Notes: a model not told the origin generated them from the sequence alone. Shown: positions 44,939 to 56,772, numbered from the stretch's first letter. The stretch is DNA of 64,000 nt from Bacilli bacterium (GCA_050953065.1 JBMNLZ010000002.1:512001-576000), one strand, 5' to 3'. A program made the numbers and translations.

Positions 44939-46752
44939 ATATAAGAAACATTGCAATTATTGCTCATGTTGATCATGGGAAAACAACTTTAGTAGATCAA
45001 TTATTGAAACAATCTGATACTTTAAAAAACAGAGAAACTATTTCAGAACGTGTAATGGATAATAATGCCATAGAAAAAGAAAGAGGCATTACTATTCTTG
45101 CTAAGAATACTGCAATTTATTATAAAGATTATAAGATTAATATTCTAGATACTCCAGGGCACTCTGATTTTAGTGGTGAGGTTGAAAGAATTTTAAAAAT
45201 GGTTGATGGGGTTTTATTAGTAGTAGATGCTTTTGAAGGCTGTATGCCTCAAACTCGTTTTGTTCTTTCAAAAGCATTAGAATATAATTTAAAACCAATT
45301 GTAGTAATAAATAAAATTGATAGAGAGTTTGCAAGACCTAATGAAGTATTAAATGAAGTTTTTGATTTGTTTATTGATTTGAAAGCAAGTGATGAACAAA
45401 TTGATTTTAAGAGTGTTTTTGTTAGTGCTACTTTAGGAACTTCTAGTTTAAATAGTGATATAAAAACTCAAAGTAAAACTATGGCACCTCTACTTGATTT
45501 AATAATTAAAGAAATTCCTTTTCCAAAAGTTAAAAAAGAAGGAGGAATGCAATTTCAAGGAGCTCTATTAGATTATAATGACTATGTTGGAAGAATGGCG
45601 ATTGGAAGAATTGAAAGAGGAACAGTCAAAGTTAATGAAATGGTTTGCTGTTTAAGAAATGATGGTTCTAGAAAAGAGTTTAGAATTCAAAAGTTGTATA
45701 GTTTTTTAGGTTTAAAGAAAATTGAAGTAGAAGAAGCTTATGCTGGGGATATTGTTGCAATTAGTGGTCTAAGTGATATTAATGTTGGTGAGACAGTTTG
45801 TGAGATTGGTATAGAAGAAGCACTTTCTCCAATTAAGATTAGTGAACCAACTGTTGAAATGCTTTTTTCTGTTAGTACAAGTCCTTTTGCTGGTAAAGAA
45901 GGAAAGTTTGTTACTTCAACTAAAATTGATGATAGACTAAATAAAGAAACTCAAAAAGATGTTAGCCTAAAAGTTAAACGAATTGGGATAAGTGATGAGT
46001 GGTTAGTTTTAGGAAGAGGTGAACTTCATTTAGGAATTTTAATTGAACAAATGAGACGTGAAGGATTTGAATTTCAAGTATCAAAACCAAAACCTATTTT
46101 AAAAGAAAAAGATGGTGTTCTTTTTGAACCTTATGAATATGCAGTGATTGATACTCCAAATGATACTGTGGGGTCTGTTATAGAGTTGTTAGGTAATAGA
46201 GGTGGTGCTTTAAAAAATATGAGTAGTGATGATAAGCACACTAAGTTAGTTTATAGTGTTCCTTCAAGAGGCTTAATAGGATTTATGACTGATTTTATGA
46301 CTGTAACAAAAGGCTATGGAACTTTAAGTCATGTTTTTGAAGAATATAAAGAAGTTGAAAATATTAATTATGGTTCTAGAAAACTAGGAGTATTAGTTTC
46401 TACTAATCAAGGTAGAGTAACTGCTTATGGAATTAGTCAAGTAGAAGATCGGGGAGTTTTCTTTGTTGAACCAAATGATGAAGTGTATGAAGGTCAAATT
46501 GTTGGTGAATGTAATAAAGATGATGATTTAGCAGTTAATATAACTAAAGCAAAACAAATGACAAATATGAGAAGTGCAACAAAAGATAGTACTGTTGTTT
46601 TAAAGAGAGCCAAAAAGATGAGCCTTGAAGCATGCTTAGATTATATTAATGATGATGAGTTGCTTGAAATAACTCCTAAAAGTATTAGATTAAGAAAAAA
46701 GATTTTAAATACAGTTGAAAGGAAAAAGTTTGATAGTAGAAAAAGCAATTAA
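44935..46752 (+). CDS. typA: Translational GTPase TypA/BipA
   Basis: [23 protein letters not shown] and GRGELHL motifs. Confidence 0.97.
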   Translation: MNIRNIAIIAHVDHGKTTLVDQLLKQSDTLKNRETISERVMDNNAIEKERGITILAKNTAIYYKDYKINILDTPGHSDFSGEVERILKMVDGVLLVVDAFEGCMPQTRFVLSKALEYNLKPIVVINKIDREFARPNEVLNEVFDLFIDLKASDEQIDFKSVFVSATLGTSSLNSDIKTQSKTMAPLLDLIIKEIPFPKVKKEGGMQFQGALLDYNDYVGRMAIGRIERGTVKVNEMVCCLRNDGSRKEFRIQKLYSFLGLKKIEVEEAYAGDIVAISGLSDINVGETVCEIGIEEALSPIKISEPTVEMLFSVSTSPFAGKEGKFVTSTKIDDRLNKETQKDVSLKVKRIGISDEWLVLGRGELHLGILIEQMRREGFEFQVSKPKPILKEKDGVLFEPYEYAVIDTPNDTVGSVIELLGNRGGALKNMSSDDKHTKLVYSVPSRGLIGFMTDFMTVTKGYGTLSHVFEEYKEVENINYGSRKLGVLVSTNQGRVTAYGISQVEDRGVFFVEPNDEVYEGQIVGECNKDDDLAVNITKAKQMTNMRSATKDSTVVLKRAKKMSLEACLDYINDDELLEITPKSIRLRKKILNTVERKKFDSRKSN

Positions 46753-46766
46753 AAGCTTAAAAAGTC

Positions 46767-46795
46767 TTGCAATTTAATAAAAAATATAGTAAAAT
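46767..46795 (+). promoter_or_regulatory. Promoter of the arg leader
   Basis: TTGCAA-17 nt-TAAAAT. Confidence 0.65.
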
Positions 46796-46825
46796 ATAGG
46801 GGACCGAAGAAGTTTTTAAGATATT

Positions 46826-47052
46826 AATCGAAGATCAAGAAGAGTAGTAATATCTTTTTGTTAAAGCAAGTTAGAGATGATGAGAGTCTAACACAAAAAA
46901 TATTATGAACCGCATCTTGGGAGATAACCATTTGAAATAGTAGTAGAATGGTCGTTAATAAGCGTTAATTATTAGAGGGGTTATAGATGTAACAATTAGA
47001 GTGGTACCGCGGAAAGATTTCGTCTCTTTTATTTTTAAAAGAGACTTTTTTT
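46826..47052 (+). ncRNA. T-box riboswitch, Arg specifier (CGC)
   Basis: AGTA loop-E, GATGAGA apical loop, GAA-C-CGC-A (CGC 46911-13), AGAGTGGTACCGCG (46998-47011) pairing with CGTCTCT; terminator GTCTCTTTTA...TAAAAGAGAC followed by a T run; precedes the arg genes. Confidence 0.9.
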
Positions 47053-47081
47053 ATTATATTGATATGAAAAGGAGAAAGTAA

Positions 47082-48296
47082 ATGAAAAAAATTAAAAAAG
47101 TTGTTTTAGCTTATTCAGGAGGTTTAGATACTTCTATTATTATCCCATGGTTGAAAGAAAACTATGGTTGTGAGGTTATTGCTGTTGCTGGTAATTTAGG
47201 TCAAGATAAAGAATTAGAAGGCTTAAAAGAAAAAGCTATTGCTACTGGAGCTTCAAAAATTTATATTGAAGATTTAACAGAAGAATTTATTACTGATTAT
47301 ATATATCCAACTTTAAAAGCTGGAGCTAAATATGAAAACAAATATTTGCTTGGAACTTCATTTGCAAGACCAATTATTGCGAAAAGAGTTGTAGAAATTG
47401 CTTTAAAAGAAAATGCTGATGCCATTGCTCATGGATGTACTGGTAAAGGAAATGACCAAGTAAGGTTTGAATTAACAATTAAAGCTTTTGCTCCTAATAT
47501 GAAAATTATTGCTCCATGGAGGATTTGGGATATTAAGAGTAGAGATGAAGAAATAGATTATGCAATTGCAAAAAATATTCCTTTAAAGATTACAAGAGAA
47601 ACAAACTATTCAAAAGATATGAATATTTGGCATTTATCTCATGAAGGAATGGATTTAGAAGATCCAGCTAATGAACCAAATTTTGATAAGATTTTAGAAT
47701 TAGGTGTTTCACCTGAAAAAGCACCTGATAAACCAACTTATATTACAATTGATTTTGAAAAAGGAATTCCTGTTGCAGTTGATAATAAAAAATTAGATCC
47801 TGTAAAAATGTTAAGGTATTTAAATGAAATTGGCGGAGCAAATGGAATTGGAATCATTGATATGGTAGAAAACAGACTAGTTGGTATGAAGAGTAGAGGT
47901 GTTTATGAAACACCAGGTGGAACGATTCTTTATGCAGCTCATGAAGCGTTAGAATCAATTTGTTTAGATAGAGATACACAACACTACAAACATCAAGTAG
48001 CAATCAGATTTGCTGAGTTAGTATATTATGGACAATGGTTTACACCATTAAGAGAAGCTTTATCTGCTTTTGTTGATAAAACTCAAGAAACTGTGACAGG
48101 GTCAGTAAAATTAAAACTATATAAAGGCAATATTACACCTGCTAGTATTACAAGTCCTTATTCACTATATTCTGAAGAAATCGCAACTTTTGGTGAAGAT
48201 CATGTTTATAACCAAAAAGATTCAGAAGGATTTATAAATTTATTTGGACTACCAATTCAAGTTAAGGCTTTAACTGATAAGAAAAATAAAAAATAG
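47082..48296 (+). CDS. argG: Argininosuccinate synthase
   Basis: [23 protein letters not shown] and KSRGVYETP motifs. Confidence 0.97.
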   Translation: MKKIKKVVLAYSGGLDTSIIIPWLKENYGCEVIAVAGNLGQDKELEGLKEKAIATGASKIYIEDLTEEFITDYIYPTLKAGAKYENKYLLGTSFARPIIAKRVVEIALKENADAIAHGCTGKGNDQVRFELTIKAFAPNMKIIAPWRIWDIKSRDEEIDYAIAKNIPLKITRETNYSKDMNIWHLSHEGMDLEDPANEPNFDKILELGVSPEKAPDKPTYITIDFEKGIPVAVDNKKLDPVKMLRYLNEIGGANGIGIIDMVENRLVGMKSRGVYETPGGTILYAAHEALESICLDRDTQHYKHQVAIRFAELVYYGQWFTPLREALSAFVDKTQETVTGSVKLKLYKGNITPASITSPYSLYSEEIATFGEDHVYNQKDSEGFINLFGLPIQVKALTDKKNKK

Positions 48297-48307
48297 GAGA
48301 AAAATTT

Positions 48308-49690
48308 ATGAAAAAAATGTGGGCAGGAAGATTTGAAAAAAATCTAAATAAAAAAGTTGATGATTTTAATTCTTCATTACATTTTGATATGAGAATGTAT
48401 CAAGAAGACATTATTGGATCGATTGCTCATGTTGAAATGCTTGCAGAGCAAGGAATAATAAGTAATGAAGATTCAAAAAAAATCAAGAATGGTTTAATTG
48501 AAATTCTTGATGAAATTAATAATGGTAAACTTGAGATTAAAGATGCTGAAGATATTCATATGTTTGTTGAAGCAAAACTAATAGAAAAGTTAGGTGAAGT
48601 TGGTAAAAAACTACATACTGCAAGAAGTAGAAACGATCAAGTAGCTCTAGATATAAAGTTATATTTAAAAAAAGAAATAACTTTAATTAAAAAAGAATTA
48701 ATTCAATTAATTGAAAAAACATTAAAAATTGCAGAAGATAATAAAACTAGTGTAATGCCTGGATATACTCATCTTCAAAGAGCTCAACCCATTACCTTTG
48801 CTCATCACTTATTGGCATATTGTTTTATGTTCTTAAGAGATACTGAAAGATTAGATGATACATATAAAAGAATGGATTATTCACCACTTGGTGCTTGTGC
48901 TTTAGCTGGAACAACTTATCCAATTAATAGAGTTAATGTTGCTAAAAAATTAGAGTTTGAAGGAGTTGTTTTAAATAGTCTTGATGCAGTGTCTGATAGA
49001 GATTATGTAATAGAACTAGCTTCAAATATTTCAGTAATTATGATGCATTTGTCAAGATTTTCAGAAGAAGTTATTCTTTGGAGTACTTCTGAATTTAAAT
49101 ACATTGAATTAGATGATGCTTATTCGACTGGCTCTAGTATTATGCCACAAAAGAAAAATCCTGATGTTGCAGAACTTGTAAGAGGAAAATCAGGAAGATC
49201 ATTTGGTAATTTGATGGCTTTGTTGACTGTTTTTAAAGGGCTACCTTTAGCATATAATAAAGATATGCAAGAAGATAAAGAAGCTATTTTTGATAGTATA
49301 GATACAGTGAAAATGTGTTTAAGTGTTTTTGGTGATATGTTAGCTTCTATTAAAGTAAATAAAGATAAAATGAAAGAAGCCGCTAGTAGTGGTTTCATGA
49401 ACGCTACAGATGTTGCTGATTATTTAACTAAAAAAGGTTTAGCCTTTAGAGAAAGTTATGAAGTTGCAGGGAAGTTAGTGGCTGAAGCAATAAAATCTAA
49501 GTATACTTTTGAGTCAATGCCACTTGATGTATACAAAAAATTTAGTAATAAATTTGAAGATGATATTTATAAGGTAGTTGATATTGAAAAATGTGCTTTC
49601 AGTAGAAATTCTTTAGGTGGTCCTGCTGTAAAAGAAGTAGAAAAACAAATTGAATATATAAAGAAAGAAATTAAAAAAAATGAAGTATAA
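48308..49690 (+). CDS. argH: Argininosuccinate lyase
   Basis: HTARSRNDQ, GYTHLQRAQP and GSSIMPQKKNPD motifs. Confidence 0.97.
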   Translation: MKKMWAGRFEKNLNKKVDDFNSSLHFDMRMYQEDIIGSIAHVEMLAEQGIISNEDSKKIKNGLIEILDEINNGKLEIKDAEDIHMFVEAKLIEKLGEVGKKLHTARSRNDQVALDIKLYLKKEITLIKKELIQLIEKTLKIAEDNKTSVMPGYTHLQRAQPITFAHHLLAYCFMFLRDTERLDDTYKRMDYSPLGACALAGTTYPINRVNVAKKLEFEGVVLNSLDAVSDRDYVIELASNISVIMMHLSRFSEEVILWSTSEFKYIELDDAYSTGSSIMPQKKNPDVAELVRGKSGRSFGNLMALLTVFKGLPLAYNKDMQEDKEAIFDSIDTVKMCLSVFGDMLASIKVNKDKMKEAASSGFMNATDVADYLTKKGLAFRESYEVAGKLVAEAIKSKYTFESMPLDVYKKFSNKFEDDIYKVVDIEKCAFSRNSLGGPAVKEVEKQIEYIKKEIKKNEV

Positions 49691-50612
49691 AGTATTTATA
49701 GATGGCCAAGAAGGAACTACTGGTCTTAGAATTTTTGAAAGATTAAAAAATAGAAATGAAATTGAACTTCTTAGTATTGATAGTGATTTAAGAAAAGATA
49801 GTGTTGAACGTCAAAAACTAATAAATCAATCTGATTTAACAATTCTTTGTTTACCAGATGTTGCAAGCAAAGAAGCAGTTACTTTAGTTACTAATCCAAA
49901 TACTAAAATAATTGATGCTTCAACTGCTTTTAGGACATCTAATGATTGGGCGTATGGACTACCTGAATTATCAAATAATCATTTTGAGAAAATTAAAAAT
50001 TCTAAAAGAGTTGCTGTTCCAGGATGTCATGCAAGTGGTTTTATTTCTTTAGTATATCCTTTGGTTGTTAATAATATCATTGATAAATCTGCTATTATGT
50101 CATGTGTTTCAGTGACTGGATATAGTGGTGGTGGTAAAAAAATGATTGCAGATTATGAGAATAAATCAAGAGATATTGCACTAGATAGTCCAAGACAATA
50201 TGCTTTAACTCAAATGCATAAACATTTGCCTGAAATGAAAACTATCTGTGGGTTAGAAAATGAACCAATCTTTATTCCGATAGTATCAGATTATTATTGT
50301 GGTATGGTTGTGAATGTTACTTTACATAAAAATAATATGAAAACAGTTAAAACATTTGAAGAAATAAAAAAGATGTATAGTGATTTCTACAAAAACCAAA
50401 AATGTGTTAGATATATTAAAACAGAGGATGCTTATCTTGCAAGCAATACTCTTGCAGAAAAAGACTATTTGGAAATATTTGTTTTTGGAAATGATGAAAG
50501 AATGACACTAGTTGCAAGATTTGATAATTTGGGCAAAGGTGCAAGTGGTGCTGCTGTGCAATGTATGAATATCATGCTTGGACTAGATCCAACAACTGGA
50601 CTAGCTCTATAA
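49680..50612 (+). CDS. argC: N-acetyl-gamma-glutamyl-phosphate reductase (short type)
   Basis: VFIDGQEGTTGL, PGCHA and DNLGKGASGAAVQ motifs. Confidence 0.95.
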   Translation: MKYKVFIDGQEGTTGLRIFERLKNRNEIELLSIDSDLRKDSVERQKLINQSDLTILCLPDVASKEAVTLVTNPNTKIIDASTAFRTSNDWAYGLPELSNNHFEKIKNSKRVAVPGCHASGFISLVYPLVVNNIIDKSAIMSCVSVTGYSGGGKKMIADYENKSRDIALDSPRQYALTQMHKHLPEMKTICGLENEPIFIPIVSDYYCGMVVNVTLHKNNMKTVKTFEEIKKMYSDFYKNQKCVRYIKTEDAYLASNTLAEKDYLEIFVFGNDERMTLVARFDNLGKGASGAAVQCMNIMLGLDPTTGLAL

Positions 50613-50624
50613 AGGAAGGTCAAA

Positions 50625-51836
50625 ATGAAAGTTATAACAAACGGAATATGCGCTGCTAAAGGATTTAAAGGAGCGGGCATTCACTGTGGTATTAGAAAAA
50701 ATCGTAGCAAGAAAGATTTAGCTTTAATCTTTAGTGAAAAAAAAGCTAGTGCAGCTTGTGTTTATACTACTAATCTAGTTAAAGGTGCACCAATCTATGT
50801 TACACAAAGAAATGTTGCTGATGGATTTGCACAAGCAATAATTTGCAATAGTGGTAATGCTAATACTTGTAATGCTAATGGACAAGAAATAGCTCAAAAA
50901 ATGTGTGATTTGGTAGCAAATGAATTAAAGATAAATGCTAGTGATGTTATAGTTGCATCAACTGGTGTTATTGGGGAACCTCTTAATATTAAAGCAATTG
51001 AAGATAATATTGATATTTTGGTTGCATCCCTTGGTAATGATAGTAGTAGTGTGGCACATGCTATAATGACAACTGATTTAGTTGAAAAAGAAATTGCTGT
51101 TTCTTTTGAAATTTCAGGAGTTGAGTGTAGATTAGGTGGAGTTGCAAAAGGCTCTGGAATGATTAATCCTAATATGGCAACAATGTTAGTTTTCTTAACA
51201 ACTGATGTTAGTATAGAAAAAAGTTTGTTACAAAAAGCATTACTTGATGCAACAAACGATACTTTTAATATGGTAAGTGTTGATGGCGATACATCAACTA
51301 ATGATATGGTGAGTATTCTTGCCAATGGTATGGCGAACAATAAAACAATTACAAAAATAGATGCTGATTATCAAACATTTTATAATGCTTTAGTTTATGT
51401 GATGAAACATTTATCTAAAGCAATTGCACAAGATGGAGAAGGTGCTACTAAACTATTAGAGTGTAATGTAGTCGGTGCTCCAACAAAAGAAGCAGCTAGA
51501 ATAATTGCTAAAAAAGTTATTTCTTCATGCTTAGTTAAAGCAGCAATGTTTGGTTCTGATGCTAACTGGGGAAGAGTTTTATGTGCCATTGGTTATAGTG
51601 GAGTAGATGTTAAAATTAATTTAATTGATGTAAAATTTGAAAGTGAAAAAGGGGAAATTTTGGTTTGTCAAAATGGAGCTGGAGTACGCTTTGATGAAGA
51701 GAATGCGAAATCAATTTTAAAAGAAAAATATGTAAAGATTAATATTTCTTTAAACCAAGGGAACTTCAATGCTACTGCTTGGGGCTGTGATTTAACATAT
51801 GATTATGTAAAAATTAACGGCGATTATAGAAGTTAG
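50625..51836 (+). CDS. argJ: Ornithine acetyltransferase
   Basis: NSGNAN, KGSGMINPNMATML and DGDTSTND motifs. Confidence 0.97.
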   Translation: MKVITNGICAAKGFKGAGIHCGIRKNRSKKDLALIFSEKKASAACVYTTNLVKGAPIYVTQRNVADGFAQAIICNSGNANTCNANGQEIAQKMCDLVANELKINASDVIVASTGVIGEPLNIKAIEDNIDILVASLGNDSSSVAHAIMTTDLVEKEIAVSFEISGVECRLGGVAKGSGMINPNMATMLVFLTTDVSIEKSLLQKALLDATNDTFNMVSVDGDTSTNDMVSILANGMANNKTITKIDADYQTFYNALVYVMKHLSKAIAQDGEGATKLLECNVVGAPTKEAARIIAKKVISSCLVKAAMFGSDANWGRVLCAIGYSGVDVKINLIDVKFESEKGEILVCQNGAGVRFDEENAKSILKEKYVKINISLNQGNFNATAWGCDLTYDYVKINGDYRS

Positions 51837-51846
51837 GAGATTTAAA

Positions 51847-52698
51847 ATGGATATTACTAATGATGTAAGAACGAAAGTTTTGATTCAAGCTTTACCATAT
51901 ATTCAAAAATACTACAATAAAGTTGTGGTTGTTAAATATGGTGGTAATGCTATGACTGATGAAAATCTTAAAAAAAGTGTAATTGAAGATGTTGTTTTAT
52001 TATCTTTGATTGGGATGAAGGTTGTCTTAATTCATGGTGGAGGACCTGAAATATCTGGTATGCTTACTAAGTTAGGTATGAAAAGTGAATTTATTGATGG
52101 TTTAAGAGTTACAGATAAAGATACAGTTGAAGTTGTACAAATGATTTTAGCTGGTAAAATCAATAAAGACTTAGTTAATTATGTTCAAGCTGCTGGTGGA
52201 AAAGCAATTGGTCTTTCTGGAATTGATGCAAAAATAATTGAAGCAAAACCGATTAATAAAAAATTAGGTTTTGTTGGTGAAATTACTAATATCAATCCTA
52301 CACCAATTTTAGAGTTGCTAAATCTTGGATATATTCCAGTTATTTCAACTGTAGCAAGTGATAAAGAAGGAAATACTTACAATATCAATGCTGATACTGC
52401 TGCTGCAAGAATTGCAGGAGCATTAGAGGCTGAAAGTTTTCTTTCTTTAACTGATGTAATAGGTTTACTTAAAGATAAAGATGATCCAACTTCACTAATT
52501 TCTTCAGTTAATGTTTCTGAGGTTAAGTCTTTAGTAAAAGAAGGCATAATTTCAGGTGGAATGATTCCAAAGGTAGAATGTTGTTGTGAGGCAATTAGAA
52601 GAGGTGTTAAAAAAGTATTTATAATTGATGGCAGAGTTCCTCATTCGATTTTAATTGAATTGTTAAGCGATGAGGGGATAGGAACGATGTTTACTTAA
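51847..52698 (+). CDS. argB: Acetylglutamate kinase
   Basis: VKYGGNAM, HGGGP, NINAD and GGMIPK motifs. Confidence 0.97.
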   Translation: MDITNDVRTKVLIQALPYIQKYYNKVVVVKYGGNAMTDENLKKSVIEDVVLLSLIGMKVVLIHGGGPEISGMLTKLGMKSEFIDGLRVTDKDTVEVVQMILAGKINKDLVNYVQAAGGKAIGLSGIDAKIIEAKPINKKLGFVGEITNINPTPILELLNLGYIPVISTVASDKEGNTYNINADTAAARIAGALEAESFLSLTDVIGLLKDKDDPTSLISSVNVSEVKSLVKEGIISGGMIPKVECCCEAIRRGVKKVFIIDGRVPHSILIELLSDEGIGTMFT

Positions 52699-52714
52699 AA
52701 AAGGGAGAATAAAA

Positions 52715-53881
52715 ATGGATTTTTCTAAAATAAAATATGAAGATAATAAATATATTCTTAATTCATATAAAAGATTTGATGTAGCTCTTAAGAGTGGAAA
52801 AGGTTCTACATTTTATGATGTTAATGATAAAAAGTATATTGACTTTTCTTCAGGCATAGCAGTTAATACATTTGGAATTGCTGATTCTAAATGGGTTAAG
52901 GCTATTACAAAACAAGCGAAGACATTACAGCATGTTTCAAATCTATACTATTCATTACCTCAAATAGAACTTGCTAAAATTCTTTGTAGAAAAACAAAAA
53001 TGAAAAAGGTGTTTTTTGCTAATTCAGGAGCAGAAGCTAATGAAGGAGCAATCAAAGCAGCAAGAAAATATAGTTTTGATAAATATGGTGAAAACAGATT
53101 TGAAATTATTACTCTTAAAAATAGTTTCCATGGTAGGACGATGGCTACATTATCAGCTACTGGACAAGACTTATTTCATAAGTTTTTTAATCCTTTTTTG
53201 GAAGGATTTAAATATGCAACAGCAAATGATATTACTTCAGTAAAGTCTTTAGTTAGCAAAGCAACTTGTGCGATAATGCTTGAGACGATTCAAGGTGAGG
53301 GTGGAGTTTTAAATCTAGAAGAAGAGTTTTTAAAAGAAGTAGAAAAGATATGTAAGAAGAATGATTTAGTTTTTATCATTGATGAAGTACAAACTGGAAA
53401 TGGGAGAACTGGTTATTTTTATAGCTATATGGAATATAATCTAAAACCTAATATTGTTACTACTGCAAAAGGGCTAGGTGGTGGATTACCAATTGGTGCA
53501 ATTTTATTTGACAGCAAATTAGAAAATACTATTGGTTATGGTGAGCACGGTTCGACTTTTGGTGGAAATCCAATTGCTGCAGCAGGAGCTGTTAGTGTTT
53601 TAAAAAGGATTAATGATAACTTCTTAGAAGAAGTAAAGAAAAAATCAAAAATTATTTTTAATAAACTGTCTACTTTTAAAAAAGTAGGAGAGATTAGTGG
53701 AAAAGGTTTAATGATAGGTTTTAAAACTTCTTTAAATGCAGATGAAGTTGTTGATCTTTGTCTAGATAAAGGACTATTAGTATTAAAAGCAAAGGATAAG
53801 ATCAGAATTTTACCTCCTTTAAATATTTCACATGAAGAATTAGAAGAAGGGCTTTCTATCTTAGAGGGGATTTTAAAATGA
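52715..53881 (+). CDS. argD: Acetylornithine aminotransferase
   Basis: NSGAEANE, SFHGRT, DEVQTG and AKGLGGG motifs. Confidence 0.93.
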   Translation: MDFSKIKYEDNKYILNSYKRFDVALKSGKGSTFYDVNDKKYIDFSSGIAVNTFGIADSKWVKAITKQAKTLQHVSNLYYSLPQIELAKILCRKTKMKKVFFANSGAEANEGAIKAARKYSFDKYGENRFEIITLKNSFHGRTMATLSATGQDLFHKFFNPFLEGFKYATANDITSVKSLVSKATCAIMLETIQGEGGVLNLEEEFLKEVEKICKKNDLVFIIDEVQTGNGRTGYFYSYMEYNLKPNIVTTAKGLGGGLPIGAILFDSKLENTIGYGEHGSTFGGNPIAAAGAVSVLKRINDNFLEEVKKKSKIIFNKLSTFKKVGEISGKGLMIGFKTSLNADEVVDLCLDKGLLVLKAKDKIRILPPLNISHEELEEGLSILEGILK

Positions 53882-54780
53882 AACATTTTTTAAAAATGAG
53901 TGACTTAAGCACTCAAGAGATTATTGATATTCTAAATTTAGCTGATCAATTAAAATATCAGAAAAAAAATAATGTTGCACATAATCATTTACAAGGTAAA
54001 ACTTTGGGAATGATTTTTCAAAAAGCTTCTACAAGAACAAGAATTTCTTTTGAAGTTGCAATGTATGATTTGGGTGGCTATCCTTTATTTTTAAGTGCCA
54101 ATGATTTGCAAATAAGTAGAGGAGAGCCTATTCAAGATACTGCAAGAGTTTTATCTAGATATCTAGATGGGATAATGATTCGTACATTTGCTCAAAAGGA
54201 AGTTGAAGACTTAGCAAAATATGGTTCAATTCCTGTAATTAATGGATTAACTGATTATGAGCATCCTTGTCAAGTTATGGCAGATTTAATGACAATCAGA
54301 GAATTTAAAGGAAGTTTTAAAAATTTAAAGGTAGCTTACATTGGAGATGGAAACAATATGGCTAATTCTTTAATTGTGGGATGTTTAAAACTTGGTATGG
54401 AAATCACTGTTGCAACGCCTAAAGGTTATGAACCAGCTGAAGATATCTTAGCTTGGGCAAAAGACTTTGAAGGATTTAAGTTAGTTAATTCACCAGTAGA
54501 GGCTGCAAAAGATGCTGATGTTTTATTTACGGATGTTTGGGCTTCAATGGGACATGAAAAACAAGTAGAAGCTAGACAAACTGCTTTTAAAGGTTTTCAA
54601 ATTAACAAAGATTTATTGAAAAATGCAAAAAGCGATGCAATAGTTCTTCATTGTTTACCAGCACATAGAGGTGAAGAAATTACAGAAGAAGTATTTGAAG
54701 ATAACGCTGAAGTGATTTTTACTGAAGCAGAAAATAGATTACATGCTCAAAAAGCTATATTAGTTACTTTATTGAAATAG
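53878..54780 (+). CDS. argF: Ornithine carbamoyltransferase
   Basis: STRTR, HPCQ and HCLP motifs. Confidence 0.97.
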   Translation: MKHFLKMSDLSTQEIIDILNLADQLKYQKKNNVAHNHLQGKTLGMIFQKASTRTRISFEVAMYDLGGYPLFLSANDLQISRGEPIQDTARVLSRYLDGIMIRTFAQKEVEDLAKYGSIPVINGLTDYEHPCQVMADLMTIREFKGSFKNLKVAYIGDGNNMANSLIVGCLKLGMEITVATPKGYEPAEDILAWAKDFEGFKLVNSPVEAAKDADVLFTDVWASMGHEKQVEARQTAFKGFQINKDLLKNAKSDAIVLHCLPAHRGEEITEEVFEDNAEVIFTEAENRLHAQKAILVTLLK

Positions 54781-54832
54781 TTTGATATAATATAACAAAT
54801 AAAAATTGCTTAAAGAAAGCGAGTAAATTAAT

Positions 54833-55849
54833 ATGATTATTACTTTTAAGAAAAATGCTCCCATCAATGAGCTAAATGAATTAGTTTCAAAATTAGAAAC
54901 CTTAGGAATAAAAATTGCTGATGCAAGCAGTGATAATCTGGGACTGTTTGGTTTGATTGGTGATACTTCAGTTGTAGATATTGAAAAAATTCAAGCTTAT
55001 TCTTGGGTGCTTGAAGTTACAAGAATTACAGTTCCCTATAAAAAAGCCAGTAGACAGTTTCATCCTATTGATACAATTGTTGATGTTTCTTCTGTAAAAA
55101 TTGGTGGAAATGAAAAGGTGGTAATTATTGGAGGACCATGCTCTGTTGAAAATGCAGAGCAAATTGATGAAATAGCTAAAGGAGTAAAAGAAGCAGGAGC
55201 TGTTTTATTAAGAGGTGGTGCATATAAACCGAGAACATCACCATATGTATTTCAAGGGCTTGAAAAAGAAGGCATTGATTTGTTAAAGGCTGCAAAAGTA
55301 AAATATGGTTTACCAATCGTTTCAGAAATTATGTCAGTTGAAAAGGTTGATGAATTTGTAGAGAATGTTGATTTAATCCAAATTGGTGCAAGAAATATGC
55401 AAAATTTTGATTTGCTTAAAAAGGTAGGGAAAACAAATAAACCAATTCTTTTAAAAAGAGGATTATCAAATACTATACAAGAATGGTTGATGAGTGCTGA
55501 ATATATTTTAAATAGTGGTAATCCTAATGTTATTCTTTGTGAAAGAGGAATTAGAACTTTTGAACCTCTAACTAGAAATACTTTAGATTTATCAGTTATT
55601 TCAATTGTTAAAAAATTATCACATTTACCAATTATTATTGATCCATCTCATGCAACAGGAAACTGGGAATTAGTTGAAACTATTTCGCTAGCAGCGATTG
55701 TTGCGGGATGTGATGGCTTGATGATTGAAGTTCACAACAATCCTGAAAAAGCTTTATCAGATGGTCAACAATCTTTAAAGATTGATAAGTTTAAAGATTT
55801 GGTAGTAAAAGCAAAAAAACTTGCTCAATTTATTGGTAGGGATATATGA
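54833..55849 (+). CDS. aroF: DAHP synthase, type I-beta with N-terminal ACT-like domain
   Basis: GPCSVE, RGGAYKPRTSPY, IGARNMQN, LCERG and DPSH motifs. Confidence 0.93.
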   Translation: MIITFKKNAPINELNELVSKLETLGIKIADASSDNLGLFGLIGDTSVVDIEKIQAYSWVLEVTRITVPYKKASRQFHPIDTIVDVSSVKIGGNEKVVIIGGPCSVENAEQIDEIAKGVKEAGAVLLRGGAYKPRTSPYVFQGLEKEGIDLLKAAKVKYGLPIVSEIMSVEKVDEFVENVDLIQIGARNMQNFDLLKKVGKTNKPILLKRGLSNTIQEWLMSAEYILNSGNPNVILCERGIRTFEPLTRNTLDLSVISIVKKLSHLPIIIDPSHATGNWELVETISLAAIVAGCDGLMIEVHNNPEKALSDGQQSLKIDKFKDLVVKAKKLAQFIGRDI

Positions 55850-56694
55850 TTTTAAAGAGTAAAAACATCTTAATAGTAGGCCTAGGTTTAATTGGAGGAA
55901 GTTATGCCGAAGGCTTAAGCAAAAAGGGATATAAGGTTTTTGGAATTGATATTGATAAAGAAGCCGTCAAATATGCTAAAGAAAAGAAGTTTATTGATAA
56001 TAAGGGTTTAACAGAAGAAGAGATCTTAGCTCAAAGTGATATTATTGTTTTAGCAATATATCCTACTAAAGTTGTTGATTTTTTAAAAGAACATCAAAGT
56101 AAACTTAAAGAAAATTGTATAATTACTGATACAAGTGGTATTAAACTTTCAGTGGTTAATCCTGTTTTAGAAGTTTTAAGAGAAGACATAGATTTTGTTT
56201 TTTCTCATCCAATGGGAGGAAAAGAATCAAAAGGTATTTATAATGCAGATGCAAATGCTTTTAAAGGTGCAAACTTTTTAATTATTCCGACTGCTAAAAA
56301 TAAGAATGAGTCAATTGAAGTAATAAAAGAATTAGCAAGAGTTTTAGAATTTAAAAATATTGAAACTATTTCAATTGAAGAACATGATAAAACGATAAGT
56401 TTTTTATCGCAATTAACACATGCCATTGCAGTTAGTTTAATGAATTCTAAAGAAAATAGTAATTTTATAAAGTATACTGGGGATTCTTTTAGAGATCTAA
56501 CTAGAATCGCTAAAATAAATGAAGACTTATGGTCAGAGTTATTTTTGCTAAATAAAGATAATTTACTTGAAGATATTGATCTTTTTATATCTGAATTAGA
56601 AAATTTAAAGGATAAAATTAAAACTGATGATAAAGAAAGCTTAAAGAAATTGTTTGTTGAGGCAACAAAAAGAAGAAAGGCATTTGATAAATAA
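55846..56694 (+). CDS. tyrA: Prephenate dehydrogenase
   Basis: GLGLIGGS, HPMGGKE, EHD and SFRDLTRIA motifs. Confidence 0.92.
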   Translation: MILKSKNILIVGLGLIGGSYAEGLSKKGYKVFGIDIDKEAVKYAKEKKFIDNKGLTEEEILAQSDIIVLAIYPTKVVDFLKEHQSKLKENCIITDTSGIKLSVVNPVLEVLREDIDFVFSHPMGGKESKGIYNADANAFKGANFLIIPTAKNKNESIEVIKELARVLEFKNIETISIEEHDKTISFLSQLTHAIAVSLMNSKENSNFIKYTGDSFRDLTRIAKINEDLWSELFLLNKDNLLEDIDLFISELENLKDKIKTDDKESLKKLFVEATKRRKAFDK

Positions 56695-56772
56695 TTTTTT
56701 TAATATTGTTTGTTTTGTTTGATTTTCAGGATAATTTATGTATAATTATATTAGATATATTTGGAGGTAGAG

